Of a stretch of 64,000 nucleotides of DNA, positions 49,761 through 62,600 are shown one piece after another; position 1 is the stretch's first letter, and the number at the start of each line of letters is the position of its first letter. The stretch spans positions 3,596,001 through 3,660,000 of the forward strand of contig NW_027361681.1 of the NCBI RefSeq assembly GCF_039654945.1, written 5' to 3'. Under the pieces are notes generated by a model. That model made no database searches. It saw only the letters and a list, made by a program, of their open reading frames with translations, and was not told the DNA's origin. The stretch comes from Dendrobates tinctorius (taxonomy: Eukaryota). The position numbers and the translations under genes were made by a program.

Positions 49761-50357
49761 AGCAGCGCTCGGCTCACCTGACTGCTCCGGTGCTCTGTAT
49801 GAGAGCCATTGGCTTAAAGATCGGGGGAATTTATTTCCATTCACCCGTTCCCCCGATATAATCTGTAAGGGGAGAGTCAGGAGCCCACCTTACACACTAG
49901 ATTGTCAGCCAATCCTTCTGAAGTCAGTGGGTTTGGATGACTTTTATGTAACGTGTATGGGGGCCTTAAAGGGAACGTGTAATGTTGAAAATTGTATCTT
50001 ATCCGCAGGCAGGCTGTTGTAGAGCCGGAGGAGCTTATCAGCTTGATATACATTTTTGTGGTAAACGTTTCTGTATAGCTTGCATTTTATTCATTGAAGC
50101 GTGTGCAGGAGTCCAGTGGGCGGTCTCTGTATGACTGCATGCAGTTAGTTGTCAGTTTCTGAATAGGACCACCCACTCGACTCCTTCATACAAACACCAG
50201 GGGATTCAATTACCGTAATAAGTCGCATCATGCACAACCCTGCACACAAGGTTGTCACATTATAGTGGCCAGGAGATGGCGCTGTAAATCTCAGTTTCAG
50301 CTTTTCTTATCTCAGACTTATAGTTTCCCCAGTCACAGCATATATACTGTATAAATA

Positions 50358-51977
50358 CAGTACAGACCAAAAGTTTGGACACACCTCATTCAAAGAGTTT
50401 TCTTTATTTTCATGACCATGAAAATTGTAGATTCACTCTGAAGGCATCAAAACTATGAATTAACATGTGGAATTATATAATTAACAAAAAAGTGTGAAAC
50501 AATTGAAAATATGTCTTATATTCTAGGTTCTTCAAAGTAGCCACCCTTTGCTTTGATTACTGCTTTGCACACTCTTGGCATTCTCTTGATGAGCTTCAAG
50601 AGGTAGTCACCGGAAATGGTTTTCACTTCACAGGTGTGCCCTGTCAGGTTTAATAAGTGGGATTTCTTGCTTTATAAATGGGGTTGGGACCATCAGTTGT
50701 GTTGTGCAGAAGTCTGGTGGATACACAGCTGATCGTCCTACTGAATAGACTGTTAGCTGCTTTTTTCTTGCCATAATACAAATTCTAAGTAAAGAAAAAC
50801 AAGTGGCCATCATTACTTTAAGAAATGAAGGTCAGTCAGTCCGAAAAATTGGGAAAACTTTGAAAGTGTCCCCAAGTGCAGTGGCAAAAACCATCAAGCG
50901 CTAAAAAGAAACTGGCTCACATGAGGGCCACCCCAGGAAAGGAAGACCAAGAGTCACCTCTGCTGTGGAGGATAAGTTCATCCGAGTCACCAGCCTCAGA
51001 AATCGCAGGTTAACAGCAGCTCAGAGTAGAGACAAGGTCAATGCCACACAGAGTTCTAGCAGCAGACACATCTCTACAACAACTGTTAAGAGGAGACTTT
51101 GTGCAGCAGGCCTTCATGGTAAAATAGCTGCTAGGAAACCACTGCTAAGGACAGGCAACAAGCCGAAGAGACTTGTTTGGGCTAAAGAACACAAGGAATG
51201 ACCAGTGGAAATCTGTGCTTTGGTCTGATGAGTCCAAATTTGAGATCTTTGGTTCCAACCACCGTGTCTTTGTGCGACGCAGAAAAGGTGAACGGATGGA
51301 CTCTACATGCCTGGTTCCCACCGTGAAGCATGGAGGAGGAGGTGTGATAGTGTGGGGGTGCTTTGCTGGTGACACTGTTGGGGATTTATTCAAAACTGAA
51401 GGCATACTGAACCAGCATGGCTACCACAGCATGTTACAGCGGCATGCTATTCCATCCGGTTTACGTTTAGTTGGACCATCATTTATTTTTCAAGAGGACA
51501 ATGACCCCAAACACACCTCCAGGCTGTGTAAGGGCTATTTGACCAAGAAGGAGAGTGATGAGGTGTTACGCCAGATGACCTGGCCTCCACAGTCACCAGA
51601 CCTGAACCCAATCGAGATGTTTGGGGCGAGCTGGAGCGCAGAGTGAAGGCAAAAGGGCCAACAAGTGCTAAGCCTCTCTGGGAACTCCTTCAAGACTGTT
51701 GGAAGACCATTTCCAGTGACTACCTGTTGAAGCTCATCAAGAGAATGCCAAGAGTGTGCAAAGCAGTAATCAAAGCAAAAGGTGGCTACTTTGAAGAACC
51801 TAGAATATAAGACATATTTTCAGTTGTTTCACACTTTTTTGTTAATTATATAATTCCATATGTGTTAGTTAATTCATAGTTTTGATGTCTTCAGAGTGAA
51901 TCTATAATTTTCATAGTAATAAAAATAAAGAAAACTCTTTGAATGGGAAGGTGTGTCCAAACTTTTGGTCTGTATTG
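50358..51977 (+). mobile_element. Tc1-family transposon with long inverted termini, transposase inactivated
   Basis: TA-CAGTACAGACCAAAAGTTTGGACACACC...GGTGTGTCCAAACTTTTGGTCTGTATTG-TA; WSDESKF, EDNDPKHT and SPDLNPIE (DD34E) motifs; ORF ends at 51810; stop, frameshifts and an inverted start. Confidence 0.96.
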
Positions 51978-52596
51978 TATATATTTAGCCAGTGACCGCT
52001 TCATGGCTGTTTGGTAAAATAAGCCCCGTTTCCAGGCTCTGATTGGGAAGGTGTTGAGGCTTGCACCTAAGACAATAACTAATGTTCTCGAACAGTTAAT
52101 CCCGTGGGTACACACGTGCCAGCGCACTGTAACTTTGGCGCTATGTGTTTGCTTAAATTCTTACCCAAGACACTTATTGTGCCCATCATAAGGGCGAAGA
52201 GGGTATCGGATTTCTGATATGTGTCAAGATGGAGTCATGTGCTCTTTGTGGAGGGAGGAGGGGTATGCAGCCGATGAATAATATCGGGAAATCATTTGGC
52301 CGTATAGATTTACCTGTTCTATGACTAATGAGAATCTTGGGTGGAGTGTAAATTCCAGAGTATAGTTGTAATTTAGGAAAAGTGAGTGCTCCATCTACTT
52401 TAATCACCGAGAAAAAGCGACACCCAGTAAAAAATTAAATATGCTCCGTTTTGTCTATCAGCCATTTCTGATTGGAGGTAGTGGCTTACATTAGTGTCCG
52501 TCTATGGAATTAGGTGACCATGGGTTTAATGGCCCTTTAACTAGTAACTGCTATACAACTAACGGCTATCTCCTTTTTCGGAAAAGATGTCGAAAA

Positions 52597-53307
52597 ATGA
52601 AACTCAAGCTTCTAACATGGGACGTGAAAGACACTCTGCTTCGGATGCGGCTTCCCGTCGGCCAACAGTACCAGGCCGAGGCCAGGAGCAGAGGCCTTCA
52701 GGTGGATTCTGCCACCCTGGAGTCTTCCTTTCGGCAGGTGTACGGTAACCAATGTCGTCTGTTCCCCAATTATGGACGCTCCCAAGGCATGACTTCCCAC
52801 CAGTGGTGGCTGGACGTGGTGTCCCAAACATTTCGCTTTGCAGGTGTCCAAGATGAGAAGTTCCTCCGACCCTTGTCTGAGAAACTCTTCCAGGACTTCT
52901 CCACCGCCAAGTACTGGGAGGTCTTACCCGGCGCCCGAGAGGCACTTATAGGATGCAGTGAACTGGGACTCAAGATGGCGGTGATCTCTAACTTTGACCG
53001 GAGGTTGGATGACATCCTCAGGCAGGTTGAATTAGACAGACATTTTGATTTTGTGCTGACGTCGGAGAGCGCCGGTGTTGCTAAACCAGATGTGGGCATT
53101 TTTCACAAGGCCCTGAAGCTGGGGGACGTGGTCCCGCATCAGGTGGCTCATGTCGGAGATGATTTTGTTAATGATTATACGGCTGCTAGAGAAGCCGGGA
53201 TGGTCAGCTTCCTCCTCCAGAAGGGTTTCAGGGATGACATCCCTTCAGATCACTTGATCCAGTCGCTAGATCAGCTCGTCCCACGACTTCAACAGTTCAT
53301 GAAATAA
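52597..53307 (+). CDS. HDHD3: Haloacid dehalogenase-like hydrolase domain-containing protein 3 (236 aa)
   Basis: MKLKLLTWDVKDTLL (HAD motif I), VISNFD (II), KPD (III), HVGDD (IV); single coding exon; likely acceptor ending at 52586; AATAAA 53548-53553; adjacent to ALAD as in human. Confidence 0.96.
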   Translation: MKLKLLTWDVKDTLLRMRLPVGQQYQAEARSRGLQVDSATLESSFRQVYGNQCRLFPNYGRSQGMTSHQWWLDVVSQTFRFAGVQDEKFLRPLSEKLFQDFSTAKYWEVLPGAREALIGCSELGLKMAVISNFDRRLDDILRQVELDRHFDFVLTSESAGVAKPDVGIFHKALKLGDVVPHQVAHVGDDFVNDYTAAREAGMVSFLLQKGFRDDIPSDHLIQSLDQLVPRLQQFMK

Positions 53308-54320
53308 CAGGGGACTTGTGATTTACCGAGCCTTAAAGGAGATCCCCAGCTAAAAAGACATGAAAACGTAAAAGGGCAGACATGACTTTAAGCGCTGCTA
53401 GGAATCTGCCCTAGCAACAACCATATCAAACAACACGATTAAAATGTCTTGTTGCTAGGCAAAGTACCCATAGCAACAGCACTCTGAGACAAAGGTGAAC
53501 TGCTGAGCTGTGGTATATTTGGGAGGTTTATTTCAGGGAGAGAATCCAATAAATGCATCCTTCTAAAAATGTATGAACATTATAGAAATATCCCATTTAG
53601 TAAAATGTGCATTACCACTTATGTGGCCGCCATTATGGGGATGGTCGCCTACTAATGGCGGCCACATAGGTTGCCACCTAGAAACCCTACTCACTGCGGA
53701 AGGAACACTTTATGACGAGGCATAGGTGCCCTACAGGATACGGCATGAGCCGTGGCTTCTATGTTTTGTCACCCGGGGAGGGCCCTTTAAATGTGCCGCT
53801 TGCTGTTTTCTGTACCAAATGGGCAAAGTCCACTTCGCTCCCTGCACTTCGCTCCAGCACGGTTGACAGCGGGTGAGATAAATCTCAGCAGTCTAGTTAT
53901 GATCAGCGGCTTATCTGCCGGTGGACATAACAGGAGCGCTGGAGCTGTGTGCACAAAACTACTCAAGGTCCTGGCTGGTGGCCCCTGACGGGTACAGTGT
54001 ACATCCCGGAAATTAAAGGACAGTTCCAAAAAAATCCTACCCTGGGTGGTCATCCTTGGTCACATGATTCCAGGTGACAGCCCAAACCTCCATCATATCT
54101 TTGACCAAATAAACAGTACAGCCCCAACTCGAAAGGCTTCCACCTCCTTGCACATGGTAATCTTTTAGTTTGCCAGTATATGGGATCCCAACATTTTTTA
54201 AATTGTGTTGCCAAAATGTAATGTGTTATAATAGACCAAAGACACATGAATGTTATAACAATATAATATTTTAATAGTAATGTCACTTTTCATAAATATG
54301 TTGTTTTATTAACCTGGTGT

Positions 54321-54598
54321 AAATGTCGCCGTTCTCCTGAATCTGGAGATGGTTTTCTTGTCTTCCTGCTCCTCTCCGTTCCTGAGATATGGCTTCCACT
54401 TCCTTGGATCTAAATCTAGTCTTGTTAGCCAAGTGGGTGTGGTCCTCACGCTATTATGCAGGTGTGCTCTTTAGGACCACACTCGATTGGCTAATGAGAC
54501 TAGATTTATAGGAAGGGAAGTGGAGGCCATATCTCAGGAACAGAGAGGAGCAGGAAGACAAGAAAACCATCCCCAGATTCAGAAGAACAGCGGCATTT
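54321..54598. mobile_element. Palindromic MITE core
   Basis: Imperfect inverted arms of about 125 bp (AAATGTCGCCGTTCTCCTGAATCTGG... / ...CCAGATTCAGAAGAACAGCGGCATTT). Confidence 0.75.
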
Positions 54599-56048
54599 CC
54601 GACATTTATGACAAGTTCTATATAGTACAACATTATAACTTACATTCGATTCTAACAATTTTTATAGATTTTGTGCAAATATATTTACAATTTCTACAAT
54701 TCTACATCTGAATCTTCACATAATCATGTCTTCCAGAATATCTATATCTTAAAGGATTCACAGTCTTACATTTTCCAAGGCAAAAGTGGAATGATAAAAT
54801 AGTCACATTTATATAAGAGAGAGGTGCAAAAACTTTGTAATTCAACATGCAAATGAGCCTGACCGGTATTCCCATTACGTTGCCATCTATTGACCGCATT
54901 AACATGAAGTCATATTGGAGATCCATAGAACCGTTCTGTGGCCAATGTTCCATCCTAGCTAAGAGCCGTTAGTACAACAATGGTAATGAATGTATGGGAG
55001 TTGTCCATATTGAGGGTATGTGGACATCATAGAAGAGGGCCCTGGGTCGGGATGCCCCTTTATTAGTGAGAATGGAAAGACATTCTGGAAAAAAAAGCCC
55101 CTGCCCTGGAGGACTTCCAGGGATTATCCACCGATATCATGGGGAGCACAGTGGTACGTCTAAACCACGTGTTCCCTATCTCACGGTACAGGGGAGGTTT
55201 AGATTTACCGCTCTGCACCCTATGCCATCCTGGATGTGGGAGGAGTGGTGCACCAATCTAAGCAGAGGAGGAAACGAGAGCCAAATGGATTGCACCAGGT
55301 CAATTAGCAATGTTTGGATCTTTTTCAGTCCCTGGGTGGAGGATCCCTTTAAGATCTTGATATGAATGGCCACTACTAATACTACATTGCTGGCCAGACA
55401 AGGCTGTCCAGCGTGAAATCATGGGTGGCAGGAGCTGGAAATATAATAAACTGATCACCACACCAGCCATATTAGAGATCAGTGAGGGTTAGGGTTATAT
55501 TTTGACGAATCATTAATAATGTTTTCACTTTAACTCAATAGCGCCACTCTTGCCCTTGGGTTGGGTCTGGTATTGTAGCTCAGCCCGATTAATTTGGTTG
55601 TGCTGCTGTAATATCCATCACAAGCTGTGGACCTGAATGGTGTTTCTGGAAAATTAAAAATGATGGAGCTACACGGGGTCTTGGGACTTTTGGAACATTT
55701 TTGTGGCACTTCCAAGAAGTCTGTGTTACATAACATGGTATGAAATGGGGAGTCTCACATTGATTTCTCAGACTTGCTCGGTAATAACATGCCACCTGGT
55801 GTCCATCATGGCCTTATTGCACTCTGCTTGTGGGACCCCAAGTTCTGAGCCCACGTTAGGTTCTCTAGATCTAACATAGGCTAGGAAGGCACCATCGGGC
55901 CCTAACTGGCCACCCATCTCCACCAGGTAAGGGCTAGCTTCCTGAGAAGCAACCCATGGAGTTCTTCTTTACATATGTAACACCATCAGAGAGATTATAT
56001 AAAAATCTTCAGTCTTTTCTATAAATAAGGAGGACGCCTCCATCATCA

Positions 56049-56572
56049 TCACTTCTCAAGACTAATGCTCTCATCGGCCACAGCAAACACTGGGCTGATC
56101 GGAGCGGAGAACCTTGTCTGGTGGCTGTACAAGATGATACAAGAAGAAGGGTCGAAGAAGATCAGCTCTCCGGCGTCCATGTCCACCAGGATACCGACTT
56201 GTTTGGGACTCTTGAGAAGTTCTACGGTGTGATGCTGAGAGTCGTGGGAAAAGCGGAAGTCTTTGTCGTAGCGAGAGAAGATCCAGGACACAGGGTTGTA
56301 GCCGAGCCTGGCATCATTGCCCGAGCCTTTTCGTGCGATAGATCTGTAGGTGATGCCAAGCTTGTAAGCACCGCATGTCTCCACATTCACCTTCCACATA
56401 TGGATGCCCTTCTGGAAGGACTCTACTGCCAAGCAGTTGGGCCAGTGGTCGAATCTTTCAGGTCCATCTGGATAGTCCTTTGCTTTCTTTGGGAGGAACT
56501 TAAGGCTGTTATTGTCTGATAAGGCGAGTAAGGGGCTCATGGTCTTCTCATCAAACGTGAGGCTTTCACAAG
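56049..56572 (-). CDS. BSPRY: B-box and SPRY domain-containing protein, terminal (PRY/SPRY) exon
   Basis: Minus-strand acceptor CTTTTCAG; ...DGPERFDHWPNCLA...RKGSGNDARLG...WIFSRYD...PVFAVADESISLEK*, matching the BSPRY C-terminus; convergent with HDHD3 as in human. Confidence 0.93.
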
Positions 56573-56679
56573 CTGAAAAGTAAGAAGACATTAAGTCTCA
56601 TCTTCTTGGGAGGTCATGATCTATGTAACGGTGTAGTAAAATATACTCGTCAGTGTACATTAGAAGGTGAAGATTCTTA

Positions 56680-59600
56680 CACTGACAGGAGGTGTAGGAG
56701 AGGACAGAAGAAGGTGTTTTGTTGTATATTGACCAGAGGTGTAGGAGACGAAGAAAGAGTAAGATATATGAAGATGGATTGTTTTATAGTGACCAGAGGT
56801 GTAGAAGAGGGCAGAGAAAGAGAACATATACAGGTGTAGAGGCTTATACTGACTAGAGGTGCAAGAAAGGGATTTACAATCTGATATATGAAGTTGTAGA
56901 GTCTGTTACTGACAGATGAGGATATGAGAAAGTGATATATATGAAGATGTAGTGTCTTATAATGACCTGAAGTGTAGAAGAGGACCGAAGATTAATATAT
57001 ATGAAGCTGTGGATTCTTATACTGACCAGAGGTGTAAGAGAGAACAGGGAAAAAGAATATATTAAGTGAAGAGTCTTTTTAATGACCAGAGGGGTTGAAG
57101 AGGTCAGAAGAATGTCCAGAGGTGTTGGAGAGGACAGACATAGATAATATATGAAGATGTAGGGATTTATACTCACCAGAGGTGTAGGAGAGGACAGAGA
57201 AAGAAGATTTATAAAGATTTAGTTACTTATACTGAACAGAAGTGTTGAAAAATACAAAAGAAGAAAACTCTTCATCTGACCAGAGGTGTACGAGAGGACA
57301 GAGGAAGAAGATATATGAATGTGCCGTTTGTTATACCGATGGTGTAGTGTCTTATACTGACCGGAGGTGTAGCAGAGGACAGGGATAGAGGATACATGAT
57401 GGTGCAGTGTCTTATACTGACCGGAGGTGTAGGAGAGGACAGGGACAGAGGATATATGATGGGGCAGTGTCTTATACTGATCGGAGGTGTAGCAGAGGAC
57501 AGGGAGAGAGGATATATGATGGTGCAGTCTTGTACTGACCGGAGGTGTAGCAGAGGATAGAGACAGAGCATATATGATGGTGCAGAGTCTTATACTGACC
57601 GGAGGTGTAGCAGAGGACAGGGACAGAGGATACATGATGGTGCAGTGTCTTATACTGACCGGAGGTGTAGGAGAGGACAGGGACAGAGGATATATGATGG
57701 GGCAGTGTCTTATACTGACCGGAGGTGTAGCAGAGGACAGGGAGAGAGGATATATGATGGTGCAGTCTTGTACTGACTGGAGGTGTAGCAGAGGATAGAG
57801 ACAGAGCATATATGATGGTGCAGAGTCTTATACTGCCCGGAGGTGTAGCAGAGGACAGGGACAGAGGATATATGATGGTGCAGTGTCTTATACTGACCGG
57901 AGGTGTAGCAGAGGACAGGGACAAAGGGTATATGATGGTGCAGAGTCTTATACTGACCAGAGGTGTAGCAGAAGACAGGGAGAGAGGATATATGGTGGTG
58001 CAGAGTCTTATACTGACCGGAGGTGTAGCAGAAGACAGGGAGAGAGGATATATGGTGGTGCACAGTCTTATACTGACCAGAGGTGTAGCAGAGGACAGGG
58101 ACAGAGGATATATGAGGGTGCAGTGTCTTATACTGACCAGAGGTGTAGCAGAGGACAGGGACAGAGGATATATGATGGTGCAGTGTCTTATACTGACCGG
58201 AGGTGTAGCAGAGGACAGGGACAAAGGGTATATGATGGTGCAGAGTCTTATACTGACCGGAGGTGTAGCAGAAGACAGGGAGAGAGGATATATGGTGGTG
58301 CAGAGTCTTATACTGACCAGAGGTGTAGCAGAGGACAGGGACAGAGGATATATGAGGGTGCAGTGTCTTATACTGACCGGAGGTGTAGCAGAGGACAGGG
58401 ACAGAGGAGATATGATGGTGCAGAGTCTTGTACTGACCGGAGGTGTAGCAGAGGACAGGGACAGAGGATATATGATGGTGCAGAGTCTTGTACTGACCGG
58501 AGGTGTAGCATAGGACAGGGAGAGAGGATATATGATGGTGCAGTGTCTTATACTGACCGGAGGTGTAGCAGAGGACAGGGACAAAGGGTATATGATGGTG
58601 CAGAGTCTTATACTGACCGGAGGTGTAGCAGAAGACAGGGAGAGAGGATATATGGTGGTGCAGTCTTATACTGACCGGAGGTGTAGCAGAGGACAGCGAC
58701 AGAGCATATATGATGGTGCAGAGTCTTATAATGACCGGAGGTGTAGCAGAGGACAGGGACAGAGGATACATGATGGTGCAGTGTCTTATACTGACCGGAG
58801 GTGTAGCAGAGTACAGGAACAGAGGATACATGATGGTGCAGTGTCTTATACTGACCGGAGGTGTAGCAGAGGACAGGGAGAGAGGATATATGATGGTGCA
58901 GAGTCTTGTACTGACCGGAGGTGTAGCATAGGACAGGGAGAGAGGATATATGATGGTGCAGTGTCTTATACTGACCGGAGGTGTAGCAGAGGACAGGGAC
59001 AAAGGGTATATGATGGTGCAGAGTCTTATACTGACCGGAGGTGTAGCAGAAGACAAGGAGAGAGGATATATGGTGGTGCAGAGTCTTATACTGACCAGAG
59101 GTGTAGCAGAGGATAGGGACAGAGGATATATGATGGTGCAGTGTCTTATACTGACCGGAGGTGTAGCAGAGGACAGGGACAGAGGATATATGATGGGGCA
59201 GTGTCTTATACTGACCGGAGGTGTAGCAGAGGACAGGGAGAGAGGATATATGATGGTGCAGTCTTATACTGACCGGAGGTGTAGCAGAGGACAGCGACAG
59301 AGCATATATGATGGTGCAGAGTCTTATACTGACCGGAGGTGTAGCAGAGGACAGGGACAGAGGATACATGATGGTGCAGTGTCTTATACTGACCGGAGGT
59401 GTAGGAGAGGACAGGGACAGAGGATATATGATGGGGCAGTGTCTTATACTGACAAGAGGTGTAGCAGAGGACAGGGACAGAGGATATATGAGGGTGCAGT
59501 GTCTTATACTGACCGGAGGTGTAGCAGAGGACAGGGACAGAGGAGATATGATGGTGCAGAGTCTTGTACTGACCGGAGGTGTAGCAGAGGACAGGGACAG

Positions 59601-62600
59601 AGGATATATGATGGTGCAGAGTCTTGTACTGACCGGAGGTGTAGCATAGGACAGGGAGAGAGGATATATGATGGTGCAGTGTCTTATACTGACCGGAGGT
59701 GTAGCAGAGGACAGGGACAAAGGGTATATGATGGTGCAGAGTCTTATACTGACCGGAGGTGTAGCAGAAGACAGGGAGAGAGGATATATGGTGGTGCAGT
59801 CTTATACTGACCGGAGGTGTAGCAGAGGACAGCGACAGAGCATATATGATGGTGCAGAGTCTTATACTGACCGGAGGTGTAGCAGAGGACAGGGACAGAG
59901 GATACATGATGGTGCAGTGTCTTATACTGACCGGAGGTGTAGCAGAGGACAGGAACAGAGGATACATGATGGTGCAGTGTCTTATACTGACCGGAGGTGT
60001 AGCAGAGGACAGGGAGAGAGGATATATGATGGTGCAGAGTCTTGTACTGACCGGAGGTGTAGCATAGGACAGGGAGAGAGGATATATGATGGTGCAGTGT
60101 CTTATACTGACCGGAGGTGTAGCAGAGGACAGGGACAAAGGGTATATGATGGTGCAGAGTCTTATACTGACCGGAGGTGTAGCAGAAGACAAGGAGAGAG
60201 GATATATGGTGGTGCAGAGTCTTATACTGACCAGAGGTGTAGCAGAGGATAGGGACAGAGGATATATGATGGTGCAGTGTCTTATACTGACCGGAGGTGT
60301 AGCAGAGGACAGGGACAGAAGATATATGATGGTGCAGAGTCTTGTACTGACCGGAGGTGTAGCAGAGGACAGGGACAGAGGATATATGATGGGGCAGTGT
60401 CTTATACTGACCGGAGGTGTAGCAGAGGACAGGGAGAGAGGATATATGATGGTGCAGTCTTATACTGACCGGAGGTGTAGCAGAGGACAGCGACAGAGCA
60501 TATATGATGGTGCAGAGTCTTATACTGACTGGAGGTGTAGCAGAGGACAGGGACAGAGGATACATGATGGTGCAGTGTCTTATACTGACCGGAGGTGTAG
60601 GAGAGGACAGGGACAGAGGATATATGATGGGGCAGTGTCTTATACTGACCGGAGGTGTAGCAGAGGACAGGGAGAGAGGATATATGATGGTGCAGTCTTG
60701 TACTGACTGGAGGTGTAGCAGAGGATAGAGACAGAGCATATATGATGGTGCAGAGTCTTATACTGACCGGAGGTGTAGCAGAGGACAGGGACAGAGGATA
60801 TATGATGGTGCAGTGTCTTATACTGACCGGAGGTGTAGCAGAGGACAGGGACAAAGGGTATATGATGGTGCAGAGTCTTATACTGACCAGAGGTGTAGCA
60901 GAAGACAGGGAGAGAGGATATATGGTGGTGCAGAGTCTTATACTGACCGGAGGTGTAGCAGAAGACAGGGAGAGAAGATATATGGTGGTGCACAGTCTTA
61001 TACTGACCAGAGGTGTAGCAGAGGACAGGGACAGAGGATATATGAGGGTGCAGTGTCTTATACTGACCAGAGGTGTAGCAGAGGACAGGGACAGAGGACA
61101 TATGATGGTGCAGTGTCTTATACTGACCGGAGGTGTAGCAGAGGACAGGGACAAAGGGTATATGATGGTGCAGAGTCTTATACTGACCGGAGGTGTAGCA
61201 GAGGACAGGGAGAGAGGATATATGGTGGTGCAGAGTCTTATACTGACCAGAGGTGTAGCAGAGGACAGGGACAGAGGATATATGAGGGTGCAGTGTCTTA
61301 TACTGACCGCAGATGTAGCAGAGGACAGGGACAGAGGAGATATGATGGTGCAGAGTCTTGTACTGACCGGAGGTGTAGCAGAGGACAGGGACAGAGGATA
61401 TATGATGGTGCAGAGTCTTGTACTGACCGGAGGTGTAGCAAAGGACAGGGAGAGAGGATATATGATGGTGCAGTGTCTTATACTGACCGGAGGTGTAGCA
61501 GAGGACAGGGACAAAGGGTATATGATGGTGCAGAGTCTTATACTGACCGGAGGTGTAGCAGAAGACAGGGAGAGAGGATATATGGTGGTGCAGTCTTATA
61601 CTGACCGGAGGTGTAGCAGAGGACAGCGACAGAGCATATATGATGGTGCAGAGTCTTATACTGACCGGAGGTGTAGCAGAGGACAGGGACAGAGGATACA
61701 TGATGGTGCAGTGTCTTATACTGACCGGAGGTGTAGCAGAGGACAGGGACAGAGGATACATGATGGTGCAGTGTCTTATACTGACCGGAGGTGTAGCAGA
61801 AGACAGGGAGAGAGGATATATGGTGGTGCAGAGTCTTATACTGACAAGAGGTGTAGCAGAGGACAGGGACAGAGGATATATGAGGGTGCAGTGTCTTATA
61901 CTGACCGGAGGTGTAGCAGAGGACAGGGACAGAGGAGATATGATGGTGCAGAGTCTTGTACTGACCGGAGGTGTAGCAGAGGACAGGGACAGAGGATATA
62001 TGATGGTGCAGAGTCTTGTACTGACCGGAGGTGTAGCATAGGACAGGGAGAGAGGATATATGATGGTGCAGTGTCTTATACTGACCGGAGGTGTAGCAGA
62101 GGACAGGGACAAAGGGTATATGATGGTGCAGAGTCTTATACTAACCGGAGGTGTAGCAGAAGACAGGGAGAGAGGATATATGGTGGTGCAGTCTTATACT
62201 GACCGGAGGTGTAGCAGAGGACAGCGACAGAGCATATATGATGGTGCAGAGTCTTATACTGACCGGAGGTGTAGCAGAGGACAGGGACAGAGGATACATG
62301 ATGGTGCAGTGTCTTATACTGACCGGAGGTGTAGCAGAGGACAGGAACAGAGGATACATGATGGTGCAGTGTCTTATACTGACCGGAGGTGTAGCAGAGG
62401 ACAGGGAGAGAGGATATATGATGGTGCAGAGTCTTGTACTGACCGGAGGTGTAGCATAGGACAGGGAGAGAGGATATATGATGGTGCAGTGTCTTATACT
62501 GACTGGAGGTGTAGCAGAGGACAGGGACAAAGGGTATATGATGGTGCAGAGTCTTATACTGACCGGAGGTGTAGCAGAAGACAAGGAGAGAGGATATATG

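Noticed and set aside
52504-52596. 31-aa N-terminal extension of HDHD3
   Set aside because: It overlaps a plausible acceptor at 52586 and has no recognisable HDHD3 homology, so it is likely intronic.
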